NCBI GenBank assembly: GCA_030432905.1
Contig: JAUILU010000002.1
Span: 136,084-200,083 of the forward strand
Origin: Phycisphaerae bacterium
GTDB taxonomy: Bacteria > Planctomycetota > Phycisphaerae > Phycisphaerales > UBA1924
Length of the DNA: 64,000 bases
Reading direction: 5' to 3'
Part shown: positions 28,385 to 36,453 of the stretch, piece after piece
Layout of the letters: each line of letters begins with the position of its first letter
How positions within the stretch are numbered: the stretch's first letter is position 1
Program-made: the position numbers and the translations under genes
Notes under the pieces: generated by a model
The model's database searches: none
The model's input: only the letters and a program-made list of their open reading frames with translations
What the model was told of the DNA's origin: nothing

Positions 28385-29089
28385 TCAGCAGCCCGCGTTG
28401 TAGTTCGTGATCCACGCCGAGAAGTCGGTCGGCGTGCACGCGCCGTCGCCGTTCTGGTCGCACTCTGGCGCGCCGCTGTTGTACGCGCCGATCCACGCGG
28501 AGAAATCCGTCGGGCTGAGCACGCCGTCACCGTTGACGTCGGCGAGGCAGTCAACAGGCACGACCCACTCGAGCACGAGCTCCGCGTCGTCCCACCCCGC
28601 CAGCGGCTCGCCCGTCGTCGCGTTGCCGACGTACACGCGGTACGTCGCCGAGTACTCGCCCGGCTCGGTCGCCGAGTACCAGTTGTGTGTCATCGCGCCG
28701 TTCCACTGCCACACATCGCTCGACCCGTCGGTCCCGAGGATCGGCGCGTAGCTGAACGCGTCGTACACGCTCAGCCCCTCGCTCGTGCCGAGGTTCTCGA
28801 CGAAAACGCCCGAGCCCGCGGGCAGGTTGAAGAACCCGTTGGCGAGCCAGCCGAACCTGCCGCTGTAGTACGTGTCATCAAGAACACTCGCGGCACCCGA
28901 GTACATCTCGCCCGGGTACCGAAACAGTTCTACCGGCCCGGTCACCGGCGTCTCGTAGTCGATGTGGATCGCGCTGCCGTCCTGCTCGATCAGCAGGTGG
29001 AGCATCGAACCCCCGAGCGTGGGCGCCTGCGCCACGCACACGCCAGCGCCAGCCGAAACAATCGTTGCCAAGATCAGTTGCCGCATCAT
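28385..29089 (-). CDS. secreted protein (family B) ending in a GC-type dockerin
   Basis: Start MMRQLILATIV (29089). YAPILGTDGSSDVWQWNGAMTHNWY and VYVGNATTGEPLAGW. C-terminus [54 protein letters not shown]. Confidence 0.75.
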   Translation of the reverse strand: MMRQLILATIVSAGAGVCVAQAPTLGGSMLHLLIEQDGSAIHIDYETPVTGPVELFRYPGEMYSGAASVLDDTYYSGRFGWLANGFFNLPAGSGVFVENLGTSEGLSVYDAFSYAPILGTDGSSDVWQWNGAMTHNWYSATEPGEYSATYRVYVGNATTGEPLAGWDDAELVLEWVVPVDCLADVNGDGVLSPTDFSAWIGAYNSGAPECDQNGDGACTPTDFSAWITNYNAGC

Positions 29090-29178
29090 CGTGCGTCCTC
29101 CTGTGCATGTCTCAAACAATCTCAGAATCCGCCCGATCAGCCTTCACCGACCGGGCGAGGAATCACATCAAGTGTCGC

Positions 29179-29817
29179 TTACCGGCGACGGCGCGCCGCG
29201 ACCAAGCCACCAAGCCCGAGCACAGCAGCCGAGGTCGGCGCAGGAACCGCGGTCCAGTCGAGCGTCACGCTGTCAGAGCCGAAACCCGCAAGCGGCGCGC
29301 CGGTGACCGCGTCGCCGAGGTACACGGTGAACGACGCCTCGTAGTCGCCCAGCGCCGGGGCCGCGACCCACGGGTGGTGCATGTTGCCGTTCCACTGCCA
29401 GTTCGCGTCGGAACCATCGGTGCCAAAGAGCGGCGCGTAGGTGTGGTTGGCGCGCATCATCCGCATGCCGCCCTCGTAAATCTCAAGCCCCGCGGTCGAG
29501 CTGGTCATCTCGACCCAGATCGCCGAGTCCTGCGGCAGCGAGATGAACCCGTCTGCGAGGAAGCCGTACTGGCTCGAGATGTACATCCCGTCGAGCACAT
29601 CGGCGGGCGAGGTGTGCGCATCGCCGTAGTTCACCATGGGCAGCGGCGTCGGCTCCGGGTTGACCAGGTGGTCGATCTCGACACCAACGTTCGTGCCGTC
29701 GAACGTGATCAGCACGTGCTTCATCGCGCCCTCGAACTGGGGCCAGACCTGCGCACCGGCGCTCCCGGCGGCGGCAACAACCGAAGCAACACAAACAACT
29801 CTCGTAGCACTGAACAT
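29179..29817 (-). CDS. secreted protein (family B) ending in a PEP-CTERM sorting signal
   Basis: Start MFSATRVVCVAS (29817). YAPLFGTDGSDANWQWNGNMHHPW and VYLGDAVTGAPLAGF. C-terminus VPAPTSAAVLGLGGLVAARRRR. Confidence 0.8.
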   Translation of the reverse strand: MFSATRVVCVASVVAAAGSAGAQVWPQFEGAMKHVLITFDGTNVGVEIDHLVNPEPTPLPMVNYGDAHTSPADVLDGMYISSQYGFLADGFISLPQDSAIWVEMTSSTAGLEIYEGGMRMMRANHTYAPLFGTDGSDANWQWNGNMHHPWVAAPALGDYEASFTVYLGDAVTGAPLAGFGSDSVTLDWTAVPAPTSAAVLGLGGLVAARRRR

Positions 29818-29916
29818 AGCTAGCTCTCTTTCTCTGTCTCTTTCATCCGGGCAGAACACAGCCCGGCCCATGTCAATCGAATAAACAACCAAGGCTTGTA
29901 CGGGCGCAGAACGGGC

Positions 29917-30678
29917 TTACCAGCCCCGAGGATCCCAGAGGTCCTTCTTGCGCTCGGCACTGAACGTGTCTTCGTACTTCATGACCGTCGCGTGGCCGTC
30001 AACAAACACGTACCCCTCGCCCGGCTCGAATCGATCGGTCGCGACCGAGCTGTTTGGGGCGCTGTTGTTCTTCCACGTGTGCGCCATGTGGTGGTCTGGT
30101 GTTCTTCTGCTCTCTTCATCGCCGAGCGACGCGAACAGAATGGTCTCCGCGGGCCTGGATACGGTCCTCTGGTACACGAACGGCTTGGCGTCGTCGAGCG
30201 AGCGCTTCGACGGAGCGATCTCCCGCCACTCCAACTCGAAGTACACACTCTGGCCGAAGCTGTTCACCGGGACGTTTGTCACGGCGATATCCCCGGGCAT
30301 CTGAACCCGCGAGTCCAGCGGCGAGCGGTAGTTCTCGTTGACGACAGCGAGCCACGCCTCTTCTTCGGGCGGGTCCAGCGGATCGAACGCGTCGCCCGAG
30401 AAGTACTCGTACAGCGCGTAGTTCCAGGGGAAGCCGTTCTCGAACCAGTTAAGACGAGCCGAGTGCGAGGTGTTCTGGATCCGACCCTTGTTCGTGTCGG
30501 CATAGAACGTGCTGGCCATCCCGAGATCGCGCAGCCGCGACATCGCGAGCACACCGCGTGCGCGGGTGCGCGCCTTGCCGAGCGCCGGGAGCAGAATCCC
30601 GATCAGCACAGCGATGATCGCGATCACCACCAACAGTTCTATAAGCGTGAACCCACAGGCTCGCTTCGTGCGTGCCAT
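29917..30678 (-). CDS. DUF1559-type prepilin (second copy)
   Basis: 253 aa. CGFTLIELLVVIAIIAVLIGILLPALGKART, and C-terminal YVFVDGHATVM. Confidence 0.85.
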   Translation of the reverse strand: MARTKRACGFTLIELLVVIAIIAVLIGILLPALGKARTRARGVLAMSRLRDLGMASTFYADTNKGRIQNTSHSARLNWFENGFPWNYALYEYFSGDAFDPLDPPEEEAWLAVVNENYRSPLDSRVQMPGDIAVTNVPVNSFGQSVYFELEWREIAPSKRSLDDAKPFVYQRTVSRPAETILFASLGDEESRRTPDHHMAHTWKNNSAPNSSVATDRFEPGEGYVFVDGHATVMKYEDTFSAERKKDLWDPRGW

Positions 30679-30766
30679 CGGCGTGCGCCTCCGTTGAGTC
30701 CGCCGCGCACATCGCGCGCAACAGACAGCCTCGTACCCAGAAGATCAGAACAACAGATCACAAAGA

Positions 30767-31225
30767 TCAGCCGAACGATCGGGGAGGCGGCGCGGGCACA
30801 TCAAGCTTGGTCAGGGATTCGACCTCAACACCGAGCGCGACAAGACGCTCGCCCTTGAGCTCTGCAAGATTCAGCAGCCGACGCTCGCCGGCGTCAAACA
30901 CCGGGGGGACAGCCGCGATCAGCCATTTCAGTTCGGGCGTGCAGCTGATCGTCATCAGCGCAAAGCCGGTGTCGCTGTCGTCCTGCGAAACGTCATCTTC
31001 TTCGGTTGCCGCTTTCGCAGCACAGCAGCACGACCCGCTCGTCGAGCAAGACGAGGCCTCGCCGCAGGAGCAGGCGCCGTCGCCCGCCGTGTCGGCAACC
31101 GAGAAACCGATGTTCGAGAGGAAGCTGGCGACGGGTCTCGGCATCGGGACCGCCGCGAGGCTCGCGCACAGATACAGCCCAATCAGCGTGGCGATCACAC
31201 CCCTAGATTGAACCATCCGACGCAT
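30767..31225 (-). CDS. small Cys-cluster membrane protein (cassette B)
   Basis: Start taken at MRRMVQSRG (31225; track ORF starts at 31276). TM helix, CSCGEASSCSTSGSCCCAAK, acidic linker (EEDDVSQDDSD), tail PAPPPRSFG. Confidence 0.5.
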   Translation of the reverse strand: MRRMVQSRGVIATLIGLYLCASLAAVPMPRPVASFLSNIGFSVADTAGDGACSCGEASSCSTSGSCCCAAKAATEEDDVSQDDSDTGFALMTISCTPELKWLIAAVPPVFDAGERRLLNLAELKGERLVALGVEVESLTKLDVPAPPPRSFG

Positions 31226-31351
31226 AGCGCTCCGTTCCAAGCTGCACCCGGCGGCGCAGAACGCGCCACGGGCCATCTATCTATACGACAGGCTAACGCA
31301 AACAGATCGCCTGATCTGCATCATTTTGTCCGGTTTCACAAGAACAGCCCG

Positions 31352-32335
31352 CTAACCGCCCAAGAGATCCGCCAGCACCGCCATCCGGACCAGCGTCCCC
31401 GCGGAGACCTGTTTCCGCACGACCGAGTTCGGGCCGTCGGCGACCGTGCCGTCCATCTCGAGGCCCCGGTTCATGGGTCCGGGGTGCATGATGACGGCCC
31501 CGGGCTTCATCCCGCCCGCTCTTCGCTCGGTCAGGGCATAGAGCGAGCGATATTCTCGGACCGATCCAACGCCCGGTGGCGAGCCCGGTTTGTCCGAGCC
31601 GCCCGAGCCGTGCCGCTCGAACTGGATCCGCAGCATCTGCACAGCGTCGAGTTCGCCCAGCACCGCATCCAGATCGCTGGATACCTCGCAGCCGAGCACT
31701 TCCAATGACCTCGGCGCCAAGGGCGCGGGTCCGACACAGATCACCCGCGCGCCGAGTTTGGTCATCGCGATGATGTCCGACCTCGCCACGCGTGAGTTGA
31801 CGATGTCGCCCACGATCCCGACGGTGATGCCCGACAGATCGAACGACGATTCGCGTCCGCCGCCGAGCGCTGCCGCCAGCGCGTAGACGTCGAGCAAACC
31901 CTGCGTCGGGTGCTCGTGCGCGCCGTCACCCGCGTTGATGACCGGCACGTGCACATGCTTTGCGATCAGCTCCGCCGCGCCCGCGGCCCCGCTCCTGACG
32001 ACCAGGGCGTGCCCGCCCGTGGCTTCGACCGTCAGCGCTGTGTCCACGAGCGTCTCGCCCTTGGTCACGCTCGAGCCCGGCCCTGTCAGGTTGGTGATCC
32101 CCGCGCCAAGGTTCCTCGCCGCCAGCGAGAAACTCACGCGCGTCCGGGTCGAATCCTCAAAGAACAGGTTGCACACGCTTTTGCCCGAGAGCCTCGCGCG
32201 AAGCTCGGCGTCCTGCTTGGGCATGCCGGTGCAATCGTCGAACGACCGCGCCAGGGTGAGCAACGACACAAGCCTCTCGCGGGTCTGGCCCGCCAGATCG
32301 ATCATGTTTCGGCTGTGATCGATCGCGTGTGTCAT
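31352..32335 (-). CDS. pyrB: aspartate carbamoyltransferase catalytic subunit
   Basis: 327 aa with FFEDSTRTRVSF, HPTQ and HPGPMNRG motifs. Confidence 0.92.
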   Translation of the reverse strand: MTHAIDHSRNMIDLAGQTRERLVSLLTLARSFDDCTGMPKQDAELRARLSGKSVCNLFFEDSTRTRVSFSLAARNLGAGITNLTGPGSSVTKGETLVDTALTVEATGGHALVVRSGAAGAAELIAKHVHVPVINAGDGAHEHPTQGLLDVYALAAALGGGRESSFDLSGITVGIVGDIVNSRVARSDIIAMTKLGARVICVGPAPLAPRSLEVLGCEVSSDLDAVLGELDAVQMLRIQFERHGSGGSDKPGSPPGVGSVREYRSLYALTERRAGGMKPGAVIMHPGPMNRGLEMDGTVADGPNSVVRKQVSAGTLVRMAVLADLLGG

Positions 32336-32988
32336 CAGCCCCCGTTCTCGGCCGGCGCTTCCTCAGCCGAACCCTCGGGCTCGGCCTGGGCGTCCGGCTC
32401 TGCGTAGAACGCACGCTCGACGTCCTCGATCGTGTGCAGCGCGGGTGTGGCGATCGTGCCGACCTCGCGCCAGCGCGTCCGCTCGATGCTCCGCGCACCC
32501 GTCGAGCCCTTCATCCACACCTCGACACCCACGTTCACCGGGTTCGGCACGTTCTGCTCGAGACCCGTGATCGGGCGGAGCACGTCGACTCGAACCGTCG
32601 CGCCGCGGATGCTGACCGCGCCGATGTGGTAAACCGGCAGGCCATCGTTCGACTCGCTCAGGGGCACCGCCCGGCCGCCGGCGTTGGCGGCGATCCAGCG
32701 GTAGCTCTCCGGCGCGATCCCGCCCGGGATGTTAACAGCAACCAGAGGCCCGTCGCCGGGAAGCTCCATGTTCGTCTGGTCGGCGATGTCTTTCTCGATG
32801 ATGTACTTGAGCGCCTTAGCCATCGGCTCACGGATCGAGGCCGTGTCGCGGGCGTTGATCCACGTCACGCCCTCTTCCTGCGGGTAGTTGCTGTAGGTCA
32901 GGCAGCCGCCCGCCGTCAGAATCCCCAGCATCCCCGCCGCGAAAGCAGCCTTTGTCGTGTGCCCAAAACGCCTGTTCGATCGATTCAT
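32335..32988 (-). CDS. lipoprotein of unknown function
   Basis: Start MNRSNRRFG (32988). Lipobox-like LTAGGC. The stop overlaps the pyrB start by 1 nt. Confidence 0.55.
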   Translation of the reverse strand: MNRSNRRFGHTTKAAFAAGMLGILTAGGCLTYSNYPQEEGVTWINARDTASIREPMAKALKYIIEKDIADQTNMELPGDGPLVAVNIPGGIAPESYRWIAANAGGRAVPLSESNDGLPVYHIGAVSIRGATVRVDVLRPITGLEQNVPNPVNVGVEVWMKGSTGARSIERTRWREVGTIATPALHTIEDVERAFYAEPDAQAEPEGSAEEAPAENGG

Positions 32989-33090
32989 GCCCGGTAGCTC
33001 CCACCGTGTTTGTACCCCGCTGCCAATCTCCCGCGGAGTGGTCACACTCTACGCCGATCCCGACCCGCCTACCACACCCTACCATTTGCC

Positions 33091-33699
33091 GTGACTGACC
33101 GACCCAAACGTTTCGTCGTGGGCATCTCGGGCGCCAGCGGAGCCGCCTACTCCCTCAGGCTCCTCCACCTCCTGCTCCAATCGGGTGCCGAAGTCCACCT
33201 CGTTGTCTCCGAGTATGGCAAGCGGCTCCTCGCCGAGGAAGCGGGCGTCACCAAAATTGACCCGCAGTCGCTCCTGCCCGAACTCATCGATTCCGACGGC
33301 TCGTACGCCTACAAGCTCATCTGTCACCCGAACAAAGACGTCGGGGCCGTCATCGCATCGGGCAGCTTCATCCACGACGGCATGGTCATCGTCCCCTGCA
33401 GCTCAACCAGCCTGGGCGCGGTTGCCTCGGGTTCGGGCAGCAACCTGCTCACCAGGGCCGCGATGGTCACGCTCAAGGAGCGCCGGAACCTGATCGTCTG
33501 CCACCGCGAATCGCCCCTGAACCTGATCGACATCGAGAACATGCGCACGCTCACGCTCGCCGGCGCGACCATCTGCCCGACCAACCCCGGCTTCTACCTC
33601 AAGCCGCTGACCGTGGGCGACATCGTCGACTTCACCGTCGGCAAGGTTCTCGACCTGCTCGGCGTCGAGCACACGCTCGCGACGAGGTGGGAAGGGTGA
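33091..33699 (+). CDS. ubiX: flavin prenyltransferase UbiX
   Basis: RFVVGISGASGAAYSLRLL..L......VHLVVS..G... and CS..SL.A.A.G....L..RAA.V.LKERR.L typical of UbiX/Pad1. GTG at 33091 is preferred over the track start at 33010. Confidence 0.88.
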   Translation: MTDRPKRFVVGISGASGAAYSLRLLHLLLQSGAEVHLVVSEYGKRLLAEEAGVTKIDPQSLLPELIDSDGSYAYKLICHPNKDVGAVIASGSFIHDGMVIVPCSSTSLGAVASGSGSNLLTRAAMVTLKERRNLIVCHRESPLNLIDIENMRTLTLAGATICPTNPGFYLKPLTVGDIVDFTVGKVLDLLGVEHTLATRWEG

Positions 33700-34442
33700 A
33701 CCCGGAGCACGAGCGGGGAGTACCGCCCCAGCTCCTGCTCGGCGCGGAGCGCACGTTCGCCGGCGCGTCGGACAAGTACCTCGCCGCGATCCGTCGCGGG
33801 CTATTCATGCTTTTCTTCGGCATCATTGTCGCTGTGCTGTCAATGCCCGTCGTTGTGTTGCTGGTGCACGCCGCTCCGCTCGTGTCGATCCTGACCGCGC
33901 TGCTCTGCCTGCCTGTGATTTTCGTCTTGCTCTTCGGCGGCTGGTTTTTCATCAGCACCAAAGACAAATCATCGTTCTCCGAGCCCCGGCTCAGCCAGAT
34001 CGGCCTGCGCCTGTGCCTGCTCGCATACCTCGCGCTCTTGCCGATTGCCGTGTACTACACCAGCACCGACCCCGACGGCAGCACCACCGAGAACCTGAAA
34101 CTCGCGACGAAAGTCGTCTCGTTCTTCATCACCGGCGCAGGCTTTACCATCCTGCTTCACCTCGGCTCACGGTCGAACCGTTACAAAACGCTCCGGCTCA
34201 ACATGATCATGGCCAAGCTCTTCCGGTTCGGCGTCATGTTCGGCATCGCGACCTACGGCTCGATCCTGCTCGGGATCACCGTCATCACCGTGCCCGTCGC
34301 GCTCATCGCGGTCACGCTGTTCACAATCACGTTCGTCCTCAGCATGATCCTCCAGATCAAGATTGCAAGAGAGATAGGCGAAATCCGTAAGATCACCAGG
34401 CGAGTCATGAAAGAAGCACGAACCCAAGGCCCTGCGATCTGA
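33687..34442 (+). CDS. multi-TM protein G0, ribbon-less member of the zinc-ribbon membrane family
   Basis: 251 aa. The start overlaps the ubiX stop (GTG 33687, or GTG 33696 giving a GTGA overlap). GGWFFISTKDKS resembles GWIRVTTQDPKL of G1. Confidence 0.6.
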   Translation: MGRVNPEHERGVPPQLLLGAERTFAGASDKYLAAIRRGLFMLFFGIIVAVLSMPVVVLLVHAAPLVSILTALLCLPVIFVLLFGGWFFISTKDKSSFSEPRLSQIGLRLCLLAYLALLPIAVYYTSTDPDGSTTENLKLATKVVSFFITGAGFTILLHLGSRSNRYKTLRLNMIMAKLFRFGVMFGIATYGSILLGITVITVPVALIAVTLFTITFVLSMILQIKIAREIGEIRKITRRVMKEARTQGPAI

Positions 34443-34455
34443 TACCCTTGCGAGC

Positions 34456-35517
34456 ATGAATCAACCGGGCAACCAAGCCGACCAACTCGCAAGCCAGAGA
34501 GCCGACTCGGGCCAGCACCCAGAATTTATCTGCCTCGCCTGCGGCTACGACCTGACGGGCCTCGCTCCCGGGTGCAACTGTCCAGAGTGCGACGCCAAAA
34601 GCATGCCGCCGACCGGACCAGAGGGCTCGCTCGGTACGCACATCATCTGCCCGACCTGCGGCTACAACCTCGGCGGGCTCAAACTCGAATCCGTTTGCCC
34701 CGAATGCAACGCGCCATGCAAAGACGCTGTCGTCAAGCATTCCCTCTACCAATCCGGCGGAAGGTACGTCTCAACTCTGGCCAGCGGCGCTTCACTCGTC
34801 CTGCTCTCGGCGTACCTGTTCGTCGGCGGCATACTCGCCATGGTTATCGCAGTTTTCGGCGCGGGCTGGCTCGGCTCGATCAGCGGCGGCATCGGGCCAG
34901 CCGCGGGCTGGCTGCTCGGCATGCTTGTTTATCTTGTCATGATCCTCGGCGCTTCGATCGTCTGGCTGATCGGCTGGATCCGCGTCACCACCCAAGATCC
35001 CAAGCTCAAGCACACCGCGCCGTCCAACGGCAGCCGGGGCCTGACACGGGGCATGGCGATCACCGTCTTCACGCTGCTGATTATCCAGATCGTCCCGATC
35101 ATCGGCTCGCTCGCCGCGCTCGCGAACATGGTCTGCATGGCGATCTTCTTCTTCGCGTCGTGCAGCTACCTGCGCGCGCTCGGCCGGCGCATCCCCGACT
35201 ACAAACTCGTCCGCACGGTCGGGATGGTCCGGGTGGTTGTCATCATCCTGCTCCCGATCTTGCTGGTCTCGATCGTAACCATCGCGGTTTCCGCAGCATC
35301 AGCGCTGAGCACCGCACCCGGCGGCATCAGCGCCGGCATGGGTGCGCTCGCCATGCTCTTGATGTTCATCTCTGGCCTCGGCCTGATCTGGGCCTACCTC
35401 CGCCTCGTGGGCCAGTTCGCCAAGTCGATGAAAGCCGTCCGCGACCGCGCCCGGAGCATGCCGAGCAGCTTCACGCCAAACGCGCCCACGCGCAGCCCAG
35501 CCGAAAGCCCGTACTAA
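34456..35517 (+). CDS. zinc-ribbon membrane protein G1 (two ribbons)
   Basis: 353 aa. CLACGYDLTGLAPGCNCPEC and CPTCGYNLGGLKLESVCPEC, then SLYQSGGRYVSTL and at least 6 hydrophobic helices. Confidence 0.7.
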   Translation: MNQPGNQADQLASQRADSGQHPEFICLACGYDLTGLAPGCNCPECDAKSMPPTGPEGSLGTHIICPTCGYNLGGLKLESVCPECNAPCKDAVVKHSLYQSGGRYVSTLASGASLVLLSAYLFVGGILAMVIAVFGAGWLGSISGGIGPAAGWLLGMLVYLVMILGASIVWLIGWIRVTTQDPKLKHTAPSNGSRGLTRGMAITVFTLLIIQIVPIIGSLAALANMVCMAIFFFASCSYLRALGRRIPDYKLVRTVGMVRVVVIILLPILLVSIVTIAVSAASALSTAPGGISAGMGALAMLLMFISGLGLIWAYLRLVGQFAKSMKAVRDRARSMPSSFTPNAPTRSPAESPY

Positions 35518-36435
35518 GTGTGCGCCGCACACAACAACCAGTCTCTGGCGTGCGCCAACTGCGGCTACAACATGGCCGGCCTGCCCGACACACAGCCATG
35601 CCCGGAGTGCGGCAAAATCGATTTCGAGATCATCTCGTTCCTCGGAGTCCCGACGCACTTTCTGCGGACGACCCACTCAGGCGCCCGCATCGTCACGGTC
35701 GCCTACTTCTTACTCGGGCTCTCGTTGCTGTTGTGGGTGATCGGCTATCTTGTGCTGATACCGCTGTCAGATTGGCTGATCGAGAACAACAGCCCCCTGG
35801 TTACAAACCAAGGGGCTCTGAGCAATCTGCATTGGTTTGTCTATACAGATCTCTATGATGCATGCCGGCTGCTGCTCATTGTCGGAATGATCGGATTCGC
35901 CATCGGCTGGTGGAAACTGGCAAAGCGGCCCAACAAGTATGGCATCCACGGCGAGCTTGCCAAGCACACATTCACGCTCCGGCTTTCTAGCCTCAGCTTG
36001 GCTTCATTCTTTGGCATGCTCTTCGTCGAGCACATGATGAACTACTTGGTGCTGTACGTCATCGTCACGGCTTGTCTCGGGCTGTTCATCATTGATTCCA
36101 CGTCGTTCATGCGAAAGATCGCCGAGCTGTCGAACTCCCCGAAGCTACAGAGGCGGGTCGCAAAGTGCCGGCGTGCGAACTTCATGTACTTCGCAGTTGT
36201 GGCTTTGTTGTGTATTTTGGTGGTGCTGCAGCCTGTGCTGGAGCCCAAACAGCCCGCGAGTCGCGCGACGGCATATGCCCCGGAAATGTCGGCCTATGAC
36301 GTCATGCTGGTTTGGGCATTCAATACCATTCTTGTTCTTGGTCTCTTGGTCAACTTCCTGAACACAATCGCCGTCGCCACACTCTCTTCAACACTCAAAT
36401 CCGCACGCAGGCTTTCGCCGGAAGCAATCACCTGA
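35518..36435 (+). CDS. zinc-ribbon membrane protein G2 (one ribbon)
   Basis: 305 aa. GTG start directly abuts the G1 TAA stop. CANCGYNMAGLPDTQPCPEC plus TM helices. Confidence 0.65.
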   Translation: MCAAHNNQSLACANCGYNMAGLPDTQPCPECGKIDFEIISFLGVPTHFLRTTHSGARIVTVAYFLLGLSLLLWVIGYLVLIPLSDWLIENNSPLVTNQGALSNLHWFVYTDLYDACRLLLIVGMIGFAIGWWKLAKRPNKYGIHGELAKHTFTLRLSSLSLASFFGMLFVEHMMNYLVLYVIVTACLGLFIIDSTSFMRKIAELSNSPKLQRRVAKCRRANFMYFAVVALLCILVVLQPVLEPKQPASRATAYAPEMSAYDVMLVWAFNTILVLGLLVNFLNTIAVATLSSTLKSARRLSPEAIT

Positions 36436-36453
36436 TCTGATACCATCACGACA

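Noticed and set aside
27211-30858. Plus-strand ORFs of 320-399 aa (27211..28410, 28298..29344, 29896..30858) across the cassette region
   Set aside because: Antisense to minus-strand genes that carry recognisable signal peptides, prepilin N-termini, PEP-CTERM tails and dockerins. Their translations are Arg-rich nonsense.
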